This document shows, in pieces, positions 1-12,061 of a DNA stretch of 64,000 nucleotides (its first letter is position 1; each line of letters opens with the position of its first letter). Below the pieces are notes generated by a model, which saw nothing but the letters and a program-made list of their open reading frames with translations, made no database searches and was not told the DNA's origin. The DNA comes from Azolla caroliniana (Eukaryota; Plantae; Polypodiophyta). The position numbers and the translations under genes were made by a program. The stretch covers positions 10,168,001-10,232,000 of the forward strand of contig JBHGNT010000008.1 in assembly GCA_043228905.1 (NCBI GenBank), in the 5' to 3' direction.

Positions 1-782
1 ATAACACTTTGTTTCGTGAATATAATATATCATAGTCTAGACATGCAAAGAATCTCTTCCAAGACATTAGTATTAGCTTGACGATTGCATTATTTTCATT
101 TAAGCCGAATTAGAAGTCACTAATGAATGGCCAACCTTATGTTGCACTCCATTGGATAACATATTTGAGTGGACAAATGCAAACGAAATTTGAAGAAGTG
201 TCGTTTACTCGCTTATCTAGGGCTTTGTAAATCAAGTATTGAATAGTATAGTGTTGTTGTTATGTATACAAGTTATTTGCAACACTAGCATTGTTTACGT
301 GGATTAGACATTGCCATTGTGTGGCCAACACTATTTTATGCATGAGGGACAACATATCTGAGCTCACAAACCGCAATCAAAACACTTTTAGTGTCCCAAC
401 AGCCAAACATTATGTTATATTATGCTTTCAAAGTTTAGATAAATACGATCCTTACATTAAATGCTTATCTTCCCTTTTTGCTTGGAAAATGCAAAAAGAG
501 AATGATTCTCCCTTTTTCAGATATACAAATTTATGTTTTTGTGGTTGTGTCCAGTCCCCTTCTTTTCCCCTTTCTACATTTAGACCCGCCATAACATGAT
601 ATGTTTTTCCCTTGGTTATGGCACCTTTCAAACCTCCCCTTTGTCGTTAATCTCCTTTGCCTTCCCCCCTCATTAGGCCCCATGGAACATTGACCCTAAC
701 TACTTTTTGTAGTCCCTCCTTCAAGTATATGTTTATGTTCAGTCCATTAGATGCCCACATTGCATGTCTCTAACTTCGTTCT

Positions 783-1500
783 TTGTCATGGTGCACTCTC
801 ATTCTAGAGTTGCCCACCCTTCGTTCATTCTTCGTATTAGTTTCCTCGTTCGAGTTTGATTTTGCCCAACCTTCTCAGACCTCCTTACGCATTTATGTGC
901 TTCCTTTGGGCTCTTCTTCCCTTGCTTCAACATTTCTTTCCTCAACGCCATCTTCCTTCTCTTGGGTCTTACATTGGCTCAAGCTCGACTCTTCCACGAT
1001 GGTCCTATCTCCATTGTCTTATTTGTTCCCATTCACCACAATTCAAGTTCCAAGAATTGGTGGAGTGGAAAACCAACACCCTCACTATCCTCCATCCCAT
1101 TGCTTTCAACTACCACCTCTTTAAGCATGTGGGCCTCATATTCTCCATTGCTCTCAAGAACCTTGTTAATTCCTTGCCACTGGATCCACCAAGTCCCAAG
1201 AAGTGGTGGAGTGGAAAACCAACACCCTCACTATCATCCATCCCATTGCTTTCGACTACCGCCTCTTTAAGCATCTGGGCCTCATATTCTCCATTGCTCT
1301 CAAGAACCTTGTTAATTCCTTGCCACTGGATCCCCTTTACCTCTACTTTGTTGTCCACAACCACCTCCTCCATCCATCCTTCAAATGAGGCTTCAATCAC
1401 AACACATCTCTAATCTCTCTTCCACTTCCACAAGCATTGGCTCGTCTTCATGTGTTGTTTCTTCACACGGCTCTTCCAACTCCTGAGATGACATCCATCT
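783..1500 (-). repeat. Unclassified dispersed repeat, inverted homolog of 59530-60420
   Basis: 954-977 is the exact reverse complement of 60322-60345 (CCAATGTAAGACCCAAGAGAAGGA); further similar blocks (TATGAGGCCCA...AAGAG). Boundaries approximate. Confidence 0.6.
1045..1333. repeat. Tandem duplication, 146-bp period, 2 copies
   Basis: CAAGAATTGGTGGAGTGG at 1051 recurs as CAAGAAGTGGTGGAGTGG at 1197; both copies end ...GCCACTGGATCC. Confidence 0.9.
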
Positions 1501-2128
1501 CCTTTTCTACTCAAATGGGTCAATATTGGCCTCTCTATGGATGATAAAAGTATCTATCTATCTATGTATTTGTGCCTCATAATTAACTTCCTCAATTCAA
1601 GAAGTATCAATTTGCACACCTCATTCAAAGTAATTGATTTCTTGAAAATCTACATTTCAATATCTTGGCAAAAAATTGTTTCTCACATAATGTTTGGAGA
1701 ACAAAACAGACGTGTTTACTGTGTTCTTGTGAGGGTACAACTACAAATAAGAATATCATCCATACAACAACAAATTGTTTGAGTTGGTCTTGAAACATAT
1801 TTCCTATTGGGGTGTGGTCAGAGTGCTAGTCAAACCAAAGATGTTAGGAAATCATAATGGCTCTAACTGGTACACAATGATGTTTTTGGAGTATCATTTT
1901 CAACAATGCAAATATTGTGATAACCAATTTTCACATCAATTTTAGAAAAGTATTTAGCTCCTTTCAAACAATCTATCAAATCATTGGGTTGATGCACCGT
2001 CGATGCAAAGGATAACAATTCCTTATGGTGTCTTTATTCAATCGGCTATAGTTGATGCATAGTTGCCAAGCTCCATCTTTGTCTTGACCAATGTACAAGA
2101 TGACTACTGCACCCCAAGGTGATTTACT

Positions 2129-2510
2129 ATAACACACATGACCCATCCTTAAGTACTCCTTAAGTTGTGAAGTAATCTCACTTTCTCCATTCGACTAAGC
2201 TAATATGAAGGAATACAAATGGTTGCAGTACCTGATGAGATTGATATGATGGTAAATATTACGTTTAGGAGGTAACCCTCTTTGTAGTTCTTTAGGAAGA
2301 CATCTTGAAAATATTTACCATCATAACACACATGACCCATCCTTAAGTACTCCTTAAGTTGTGAAGTAATCTCACTTTCTCCATTCGACTAAGCTAATAT
2401 GAAGGAATACAAATGGTTGCAGTACCTGATGAGATTGATATGATGGTAAATATTACGTTTAGGAGGTAACCCTCTTTGTAGTTCTTTAGGAAGACATCTT
2501 GAAAATATTT
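2129..2510. repeat. Tandem duplication of 188 bp (2129-2316, 2323-2510) with 6-bp filler
   Basis: ATAACACACATGACCC...GAAAATATTT appears twice, apparently identical, separated by ACCATC. Confidence 0.95.
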
Positions 2511-2937
2511 TAAGAGTGAATGAAGAAATTGTTTTTCCTAATATATTGTGGTGTCCCTTTCATGCAAGTGCATGCCTTTTGGCAGTACACCCCTTTTAGC
2601 ACATCCTTTTAGAACGCATGTAGCTAAGCCAACCCAAATGGGTGCCTTTGTATCTTCTATAAATTGAATAAGTAGTAAGAAGCTAAGCAAGCTAGTTTGG
2701 ATTCCTTTTATGTGCATTTCACATCATTGGTGGAGAAGCTGGGTAAAATCTTAGCCAAAACGTGTAGTTGCAGGCTCGCCGCAACCTTCCCAATCGCAAT
2801 GCCCAAGGACACCCGAAGTGTTTCTACTGCAACAATTATGGACATGTCCGATGTCACTACCGAAAATTGCAACAACTGTCTCACAAGCAACAAGCCTAGA
2901 TAGCCATGGTTGATGCAGCATTGTTGGTTGAGCTTCC

Positions 2938-2980
2938 GGGAAACTGACTTCCGGGGTGTTGATGGAAGAGCTAGCCCCCC
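2938..2980 (+). promoter_or_regulatory. Putative -1 programmed ribosomal frameshift signal (G GGA AAC plus pseudoknot)
   Basis: Heptamer at 2938-2944 lies immediately before the gag TGA and pol is in the -1 frame. CTTCC(2948-52) pairs with GGAAG(2964-68); GGGG(2953-56) pairs with the C-run at 2975-80. Confidence 0.75.
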
Positions 2981-3897
2981 ACGTCCAAGTGTCCGCCTCT
3001 TCTAGTTCGCAGGTATGCACCACCCTCACCACCATCAATCATTCCACCCACACTATCTTGTCAGACTCTGGTAGTAGTATCTCTTCCATTAGCACCGCCT
3101 TAGTTCACCAGTTCGGCCTCCCCACATCCACCGCTCCCTCCATCCAAGTCCTTTTTGGCGATCACAAACATCTATACCACTCTCGCATGCAATCCCATTG
3201 CACCGTCACCTTAGGCACTCTCACCTTCTCACACCACTTTTATGTCTTGCCCTACCAACTCTTCCCCCTCACCTTAGGTTGCAATTGGTTCCTCAAGCAT
3301 CACGCTATGATTGATTTCGATGCTCACAAACTTATTGTCCCACGTGTTCCCCCTATCCCCATCCTACGCGATACATCCCATGTCCCCCACCTCAGCCAAG
3401 TCTGGGTGACCCTCCCTCCACATGAGCGATTGGTCTCCATCCACCAACTGTTAGCTTGTATTCCGTTCCGTCACTAGCCCTCCAACCCACACATGCTCCT
3501 ATTTTCTCTTTTCCCGTACAACATGTCATTCGTACTGGGGAAGCAACTCCCATCTGCACAACTACCTGCTGATGTTCCCCCCTCGATCACGATCACATTG
3601 ATGCTACTGTCACCGGCATGCTCGCCAAAGGTATTATCATTCCTTCCACCGGTTATTGGGTTTCGGAATCCCACCTCGTCAAGAAGGATGATGGCACTTT
3701 CTACTTTTGCATCGACTTCAGGCCTCTCAACAAAGTGACTATACATGACCTCTACCCGCTCTCTCACATGGATGACCTCATGGATAAGCTCAACGACTCC
3801 TATTATTTCACCTCCCTTGACTTTAAAGCCTCGGGATATTGACAAATCCCTCTAAAGACCGCATTCCGCAGGCTATTCCTATTCACCCGTATGCCGT

Positions 3898-4623
3898 TGT
3901 CGTGCCTTTCGGCTCCGGATCGTTTGCGTGAGTCGGGTGGGAACCACCGAGGTTTTGGACTAGGAAGAGGAGAGTTTTAAGGCTAATAAGAATATAAATA
4001 TGTTGTAAGAAAGAGTTATAGCAAACTCGTGAATCCCACGAGTGTATTGTATTTGATTAATCAATATGAATATAAGAATATAAATTTGGGTTGAAAGAGA
4101 ATGATATAGAATCCTCGTGAATCCCACGAGTATAGTTTATTAATTGGTGTTTTTTAGAAACATATCCAGTTTCCAAGTATTTCACACCCAATTACATTGT
4201 GCTTCCCATCCTTATGTAGTGATGAGGAAGTCTTAGTAATCCATGCTTTTTCTCTAACTATAGACCCCATGCTTTTCCTATAGATAGACTATATGCTTTA
4301 TCTAAAGTGATCATGCTTTTTCTAACTTGTGCGTTTTTTATCATGCACGCTAGATGTGTATGTGTAGCTTTTTCTTTTGTTATGCGTTTTTCTAATGTTT
4401 ATCCTAGCGTGAATTTACCTTTCTACGTGGGACATCTATGCTTTAATACTAATGAAATGCTAGTGTAATGGTAAGACATTACATTATTAACATGGAGGTG
4501 CAAGGTTCGAATCTTGCCCTATGCATGTTCCATTTATTTTGCTATTTTCTTCTATTTCTTCATTTTTTATTGAATCTAATACTATATACGTTTTTCACGT
4601 AGTGTACAAAATACACTACGACA
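3898..4623 (-). mobile_element. Solo-LTR-like insertion TGTCGT...ACGACA with 4-bp TSD CCGT
   Basis: CCGT at 3894-97 and 4624-27; removing it restores ATG CCG TTC (RT MPF motif). Homolog in opposite orientation at 51036-51868. Confidence 0.85.
4454..4527 (+). other. tRNA-derived Pol III promoter-like module (A box plus B box) inside the insertion
   Basis: A box TAGTGTAATGG (4461), B box GGTTCGAATCT (4504), tRNA-like spacing, GCAAG/CTTGC stem; no intact acceptor or anticodon stems. Confidence 0.6.
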
Positions 4624-5780
4624 CCGTTCAACCTGTCTGATGCCGTTAGCACATTCCAACGCATGGTAAACTCCATCTTCGCCACCCTTATAAAAAAAGG
4701 CGTCCTCCTCGTTTATCTCGACGACATCCTTATCCACACAACCACTTGGGAGGACCATCTACAAACTCTCGCTAAGCATAACTAAGCATAACTTGCAACT
4801 CCAATGGAAGAAGTGTCGATGGGGAAGCACCAACCTCCGTTTTCTCGGCTTTATCATCATTGGTGACGGAATCCATATGGATCCTACAAAGGTAGCTGCC
4901 ATCACTGACTACCCCCACCCCACCTCAATAAAAACATTGCAACATTTTTTGGGTTTGATCACCTTTTCCTTTCGCTTCATCCCAAACCTCACCTTGGTCA
5001 CTTTTCCCCTCCGTAAACTCTTGAAGAAAGGCGTGTCATTTGTTTGGGATTCTGCTTGCGCAGACTACTTTCGTCGCCTCAAAACCATGGTCCAAGAATT
5101 GGGATTGCTCACCCATCCTAACTTTGACCAACCCTTCACGTTGCAAACGGACGCCTAACTTTGACCCACTGTTCACGTTGTAGACAGACGCCTCAAACCA
5201 TGGGTTAGGAGCTGTATCCCTACAAGCCAATTGCCACGGGCCCCTTCATTAGCCATACTCTCACACCGACTGAACACGACTACTCAACCACCGAGAAGGA
5301 ACTACTTGCTATCGTCTGGTCTTTCCGGCGTCTTCACCCATACCTTCATTATGGACAGGTTACGGTTGAGACTGACCACCAACCCTTGCTTTCCCTTATC
5401 ATTCGACCTCACCCACGGGGCCACTTGTTGCGATGAACGTTGGCACTCCAAGATCATCAATTTACCCTCTCTTATCAAAAAGGTGTAACCAATTTTGTCA
5501 TTGATAGTCTCTCTCGCACCAACTTCCAGGTTGTCCAATTTACCCCAAGCACACCACACACAGAGACGCTTTCTTGCACACTCAACCTCCATCGCTCCCA
5601 AGCTCTCAAGCCTCCTCTCGCTCTCAGCGCTTTCATCGCTCCCACCACTCTTGCTCACAAGCCCTCTCTTGTCCTCGTAGCCCCTCTACCGAACCACAAC
5701 CATCTCCTTCCCTCACTCTATCTTGGCCTCGTCTCATCCTCCTTCCCCAATCTTCCACACAGCAGAACCCCGAGTCCATT

Positions 5781-8426
5781 ATGCCTCTTGCAGCTTCACA
5801 GGAAACCTGCTCCTGGCTTCAGGAACGAGGATTAGGTAGTTATTTAAAGGTGATCGATGCCCTTGCACACCCTGACGCCCAAGCGGTTGCATGCCGAATC
5901 CACCCGGACACAGTCACCAACAATATGATTCGTGTTGCTTTGGACCTGAAGCAAGGAGGTGATCATGAAGTAGAGATTCCCCCTTCCACGACCCTGAAGG
6001 AATACTTTGGTGTGTATTCCATATCTGGTAAGGCCTATCGCACCTACGGTGGATCCAACAAGGCATTCGGAGAAATCCAAAAGAAACGGGCATTGCCCGA
6101 CACATGTAAAGAATGGGACGAGGAAGTTGTCACCGAGGACAACATCACCAAGGATGTCACCATTAGTCAAAACACGCCACGAACATCGGTGACTCCCCCA
6201 CAGCCAAGCCCGTGCCACACTAATCAGCAACCCTCGGAAACACGGCCCCAAAAACGGAAACAGGCCAAGGGACCAACACCACCGGCCCTTGAAGCACACG
6301 CCCAACCGAACAAAAAAAGATGACTCAATCGCGAGTCCACGACAGAAACCGAAGGGCCCCAAAACCCGAAGGAAAAAGTAGTCAGCCAGAGCTCCCTAGC
6401 GATAGTCCCAGTCGAGGCATCACTCCAGGGCAAGATCGAACATGGACAAACAACTCAGATATCCGAGGATGAAGTCCTGGGCTACAAAGACCTCCTTGTG
6501 GAGGCATATGAATTTAGTGTGCTACTTTGACTCGGCACAACATTCGAGCTGATGGATTTCCTCGCACGTGCCCAAGTAGCGGCCACAGCTCGCATGGCTG
6601 AAGAACACACTGAATCAAAGATGATTCAATGCGCTTTAATGGGAGAACTCGAACCTAAAGACGATTAAGCCTTACAAAAGTTCGGGAGAAAGAAGCAAGC
6701 TAAAAACGCTGCTCTTCTCATGGAGGTACCTAAGCTCAACACCGCCTTAATAGAGGCATATTGCAACCTCGACCGCACCACTCGAGCCGCCAGGAACTTG
6801 GCCCGACACATCAAGATGACCCAGCAACGTGCCAAATGGGCTACCAAACTATGACAAGCCACAGAACTAAGGCTGGCGTCATTAGAGCAACAATTGCAAC
6901 AACAACCACCCTTGAGCCTCCCTACCTCGATTAACGAGGCCATGCCAGCCGCTTCCCCAAAACTGAGCTTGAGTGCTTCTACCCCCAACGATGGCGACCC
7001 AGCTCACCATAGGGTAGCCACGGCCGAAACTAGCACAATGACAGACTCGGTACAGACGATCGAGGCAGCATCACCGCACCCCCAAACCAGCCACGCCCCA
7101 ACCCAAACTGAGACCCCACCTGTCAAGGCCACCACCGACACATCTCCAAAAGCGGACAGGGCACCAACACTCCAGACTAGCCACGGCTCCACGCCCCCAC
7201 TTCCACCGCCTGTCTTCATGGAGCAATTTGCCCAGACGAAAACCACATCACTTCCTCGAACAACGCAGGTGACAACACAGACAGGGCCTCCGCTCCGGGA
7301 CTACCGAGCAAAACTAAAGGCGGAAATTGCGTGGTCTGAGCGTTTGGAAAAATGGCACAAGGAAGCCATGGGTCGCCTAAGGGAATAAGCCACAACCCGG
7401 GAAGACGAGCTCAAGGCCATAATCGCACACGCCGAGCTTATGGCACAGCAGTACAACGCGACAATGGATTGACTACGGGAACAAGCTGCGAGTCGAGAAG
7501 CCGAACTTGTGCAAAAAATGGAGGAACACTCGGTTGCCTTAAGGGCAAAAGAAAAAGAGTTACTGGACCTTCAGGTCGCTCTCACCGACGCCAAAGAACA
7601 TATCCTCCGAGAAGAAGAAAGAAATTGCCTAAGGGAGTAGGAACTGTTCACCGAAAACGAGGAGATTCAGAGGCAACGCGAGGAATGGAAAGAAATGGCC
7701 AATGAATTCATGCTAAAGTGCCGGATTGTTGACGAGCAAAAGGAGCAACTTTCGGACTCCTGTAACAAATTACAAGAGGAAAGTATCATCGCGAGAGAAC
7801 GACTACGGAATGAATGGACAAAGGAAGTGGAGGAAGCTACAACACAGCTCACCAAACACTACGAGCAGACTATTGCGCTCATGACCGCGAAAGCAAAGAA
7901 TAATCAAGCCCCTTGGGAGCTCCTTATTGCAAAGTACCAAGCCGACGCCAAAAGCGCAAAGGAAGAATTGGAAACCAATCGAGCACAACCCGGCATGGAC
8001 GATATGCGCATACGAATTCTGATCGATAAATAGTGCTAGCACCTCACCAAAAAGGTTGAGGAATCATTCGGCCGCGTAGGCGAAGAATGGGCAGCCCAAG
8101 CTGCCGAGCTACACATCTTACGCGCCGATGCAGAGAACCGACGGAAGGAGGGACGAGGATTTTACAAGATGGATGAAGCCAGTATCTAGACCCTCTGTGC
8201 AGACTTAACCGAGGATTATCATACCTTGGTGAAATCCCACACCACGGCGATCGAGCAATTGCTGGAAGACTTCAACGATGATCAGATGATGTTCCGATTG
8301 GAAGCCGAAGCATATGAACAAGGGCGACTCGCGGCTATACAGACCAGCCCCCCCACGCCCACGGAGCAGAATGACGAACCCTCAAACGAGGACACCACGG
8401 ATGCCAGACGGAGTTTTCCACGTTAA
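5781..8426 (+). pseudogene. Decayed long accessory ORF (about 880 codons): N-terminal globular part, P/T/S-rich linkers, long coiled coil; probably a retroelement extra ORF
   Basis: Track ORFs 5574-6323, 6894-7388, 7695-8033 and 8226-8426 read as one protein broken by isolated stops and at least one frameshift; E/K/R/Q-rich heptad-like segment at 7300-8330. Confidence 0.55.
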
Positions 8427-8497
8427 TATTCTGTGTAGTCTTATTTCTGTTTTTTGTTTCTTCCATCGTGTGATTGGGGCTCGGTTGTGGCCGAGCA
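8412..8497 (+). mobile_element. Fragment resembling the 3' (U5) end of the copia LTR at 58729-59527
   Basis: GCTCGGTTGTGGCCGAGC at 8479 and 59500, with a similar T-rich upstream context. Confidence 0.45.
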
Positions 8498-11400
8498 CTC
8501 CTATTTGCTACATCATGAAGGTAGAGGGTTGACATAAGTACAATCAATCGTGTCATTTATGAGCACTAAATTCTAGCCACACTAAATTCGCACTATAATA
8601 AAGTCAATAAGTCAATTGAGCTTGTTATCTCAACAATTATCTAGACCATTTCACTGCAGCAAACATGTTACAGAAACACTATCAAGCTCATTTCATCAAA
8701 GCAAACATTGGATTGATGACATTCAAAAGCAATGGCGATATTTCATTTGTATATCTTTATAGTCATTAATGATTGAGTAGGATTAGAGAAAATTACAAAT
8801 GATTGTGCAAGCTTCAATATATTGAAGAAATCAAAGACTAAAGATGCATTATTAACTTTGTTTCATTTTTATAATCATGTTGTTTTCATATTCTAAGTTG
8901 TGGTGGAATACAACATATTGAAGCTTTGATTTTCATATTCTAAGTTGTTTTCATATTCAAACAAAGTACAACTAGATAGTATGTATTCCAACCATGGGTC
9001 TTTGAAAGAACCCCTCATTGAGTAGATATATGACATAGGTGAAATCATCATAAGGTTCTTCCACTTTAAGGCCAAAAGAAAATCAATCATTTATATTGTC
9101 TTTTCCATAATCAATGTTATGGGAAGATTTATGATGCTTATGTTTATGTGTGTATTCTATTGACATGAAGTACTTCTAGATTTTTATTAGACGTTGGCAT
9201 TTATTTATCACGAAGTTTTTTTTCTTGTAACTGGTTGTGAGGAGTTTCTTTTCTTCTATTAGACATCACATTTGTACCACAACACACGTTATTATTTTTC
9301 TAACACGTTTCATGTGAATAACTATAGGAAGTTAGGATCTAAAATATTTATAAGTTATAAACAGCAAATATGAAGGTGATGATTGTCCCGTGACATCTCA
9401 AGCTTGTACATATAAAAGCATGGATGGATATGCAAGTAGTAATCCTATTGTTTATGATAATATATGTAGTATGCATTCAATGATACTTGTCTAAGTATGT
9501 TGAGTAATAATAATTAAGTAATATGCAATTTTAACTATAATTAAGCAATCTCGCAACATAACATTGATTTTGAAACTTCGCTACAAAGGTGTATTACCCT
9601 CAAAGATCTACAAGTAAAAACCTAGCCATCCTTAATCACAATAGGCATGTACTTTGTTTGGTTGTGCAAACACCACATCACTATCGTTAATGACAACACT
9701 CGTCAATATATGTCTAATTTTGGATTCCTATTTTGGTTTAATGGGTCATTTTTGTTCCTCTTTGGACTTGAATACATCATCATCAATGCAAATGATAAAG
9801 GGATGTACTTTGTTTAGCTATACAAATACTACACCTTTCTCAAAAGGCAAAACACTCACCAATCTACCCCCCCTTCCCCCATAGCATGCTTAATTTTGGA
9901 TTCTTATTTTGGTGTCAAGAGTCATTTTGTCCCATAAGGACTTTAAAACATCATCGTCGTCACCAACTCTCTCATTCTTTATTTCATTCTCCTTGGTATT
10001 GAGGTTGTATCCTAGTATACATATGTTTGTATGTGGCTTCATAAATGGGGAGAAAGCTTAACCAATTCATTTGTATGCCTCATGGATCATTTTGACTCTC
10101 TAGAAACTTTAATACATCATCATTGTCTATCCTCTCAAGTCTCTATCTCTATCTTTCTTTTGTGTGTTGAATTTTATAGCCTTTTGGCATTTATTGTTTA
10201 TCTTCCAGATATTTAAAAAATCAAAAAAAAAAAACGTATGCTTGCAACCTAAATTGAAGACTTTCGCAATGGGTTTTATGTTGTAAAAAATGTTTTAGAG
10301 TTTTAGTTTGACATGATTTCTCCTAAAATGATGGCTTTACAAAATTGACATTGTCACATTTTCCACAATAATTCCCACATTAGGCTAGGGAAGTTTTCTT
10401 TTCTTTTCTTGTTGTCATTAGACAATCATGTCAATACTAAAGTTAAATAAAAAATATACCCTACAAGAATGTGTAATAGAATTTTAGAAAACTAGAATTA
10501 AAGCAGCTTGTAAATACGTGGATTGACTTTCTAGTGCACCACTCAAGATCTCCACTATTCTTAGCATTTGAATAAGACATTGGATATTAGACTATACAAC
10601 AACTTTCGGTTACTTTTATCATCTAAACCGCTATTAAACAATTGGTGTATTAAGTCGTTACAATATTATTTTTATATCATTGATGATGTCATAAGTTTTC
10701 ATCATAACAAGCAAGGGTATACCGTATTTTGAGGTCTTGCATAAGAACAAGCCAAACTCTATGTTACAAATGCAAAGAACGCCACATAATGAGTACATAT
10801 ATCAAGATAAACTAGAAATGTGTGATATAATAGCGTTCTTAATTGACCTCAATAACATGTCCACCCAACAAACTACCTCAAGAAGATTTTTAACATCATA
10901 ACTATTTCCATTGCCCCATATCATATGACAAGGGATATAAATAAGATATATTTGAGAAATTGGATGTTTTGTTCCTCAAACGCAAGTGTTTCGATAGTGT
11001 TTGCATTCTCTAATTAGCACTTACATATGTGAATATGAAGATGCGTGTAATGATCAATTTGAAACAACTCCTTAATCACATGATACTTTTGGAATGCAAA
11101 GAGGCATGTTTTTCATCTTGGGTTTGGAAACTAACTACAGTGGAGATACCCTTTTTCATGGGAACAAAAAATATTAAGTTGCTACAATGATCCTTTTGTG
11201 CGCAACTACAAAATTGGTGGACATGACTTTTTACTTTTACAGGTCAGAAATTTCTTGGGAGGGACACTAGAATACTCGAACATACAATATGTGTGTAACA
11301 ACAAGCGCTTACAAGCATCATGATATTGTATGTAACACACGCTTACATGCAACAAAAGCATCATCGATCCAAGCGGGCCATACATAGACGATTCCGATCA

Positions 11401-11907
11401 TTCTTAATAATAGATAAACAGCTAAAAAGTGTCTCACAAAGAATTTTGATGTTTGATGCTCTTCCGACCCACATATACAATGAGTTGGAAACATCCTCCT
11501 CACCAGAATTGTATGGACTTGTTTGTCCTTCCTATGTAGTTGAGAGAAATCCTCGCTAGAAATAAAATGTCGTGGAGAGGAACCCTGAGAGATTCATGGG
11601 GTGGTTCGAGAAAGGTTTCCGTGTAGTAAATTTCATAACTATAGGCCAAATGTGGCTTCTTTCTGCAAATAATATATGTATGTATATATATATATATAAA
11701 AATTATAATGTATGTATGTATGGCCAAGTGGAAGAAAAGCGCTGCGCTGGGCCCTGGTAGTGCTTGGGATGCAAATCGCGCAATCCAGACTTTTTCTTTG
11801 CTTGCTTGTAAATTGTGATTGCAAGGCAGAAAAGCAGAAATCAGAAAGCAAAAAGACGAGGAGGAGGAAGAAGCGAGAGGGCGGCGGCACAAGGTCTTTG
11901 ACCAATT

Positions 11908-11910
<3 letters not shown>

Positions 11911-11962
<52 letters not shown>

Positions 11963-12022
11963 GGAGAGAAGGGTTGCCGAGTCAGCAGAGAAGGGTTGCT
12001 TCTGTGTCTCTGTCTTTGTCTT

Positions 12023-12057
<35 letters not shown>
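11911..12057. repeat. (AG)24 and (TC)16 microsatellites upstream of the PUB gene
   Basis: AG tract 11911-11959; TC tract 12025-12057. Confidence 0.95.

Positions 12058-12061
<4 letters not shown>

Larger units (their letters stand above)
2760..5530 (+). pseudogene. Degenerate Ty3/gypsy gag end, protease, RT and RNase H (integrase missing), interrupted at 3898-4623
   Basis: Zinc knuckle CFYCNNYGHVRCHY (2819); protease DSGSSIS; RT motifs FCIDFRPLN, SGY*QIP, MPF and VYLDDIL; RNase H LQTDA, ELLAIVW and TDHQPL. Stops and frameshifts present. Confidence 0.9.

Noticed and set aside
4454-4527. Functional tRNA genes here and at 49148, 51144 and 54641
   Set aside because: Only the A/B boxes and partial arms fit; no acceptor or anticodon stems form.
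8560-11300. Hidden gene or element in the AT-rich stretch
   Set aside because: Only short imperfect repeats (about 8880-8958; 9715, 9891, 10085) were seen, with no motifs, termini or convincing exons.
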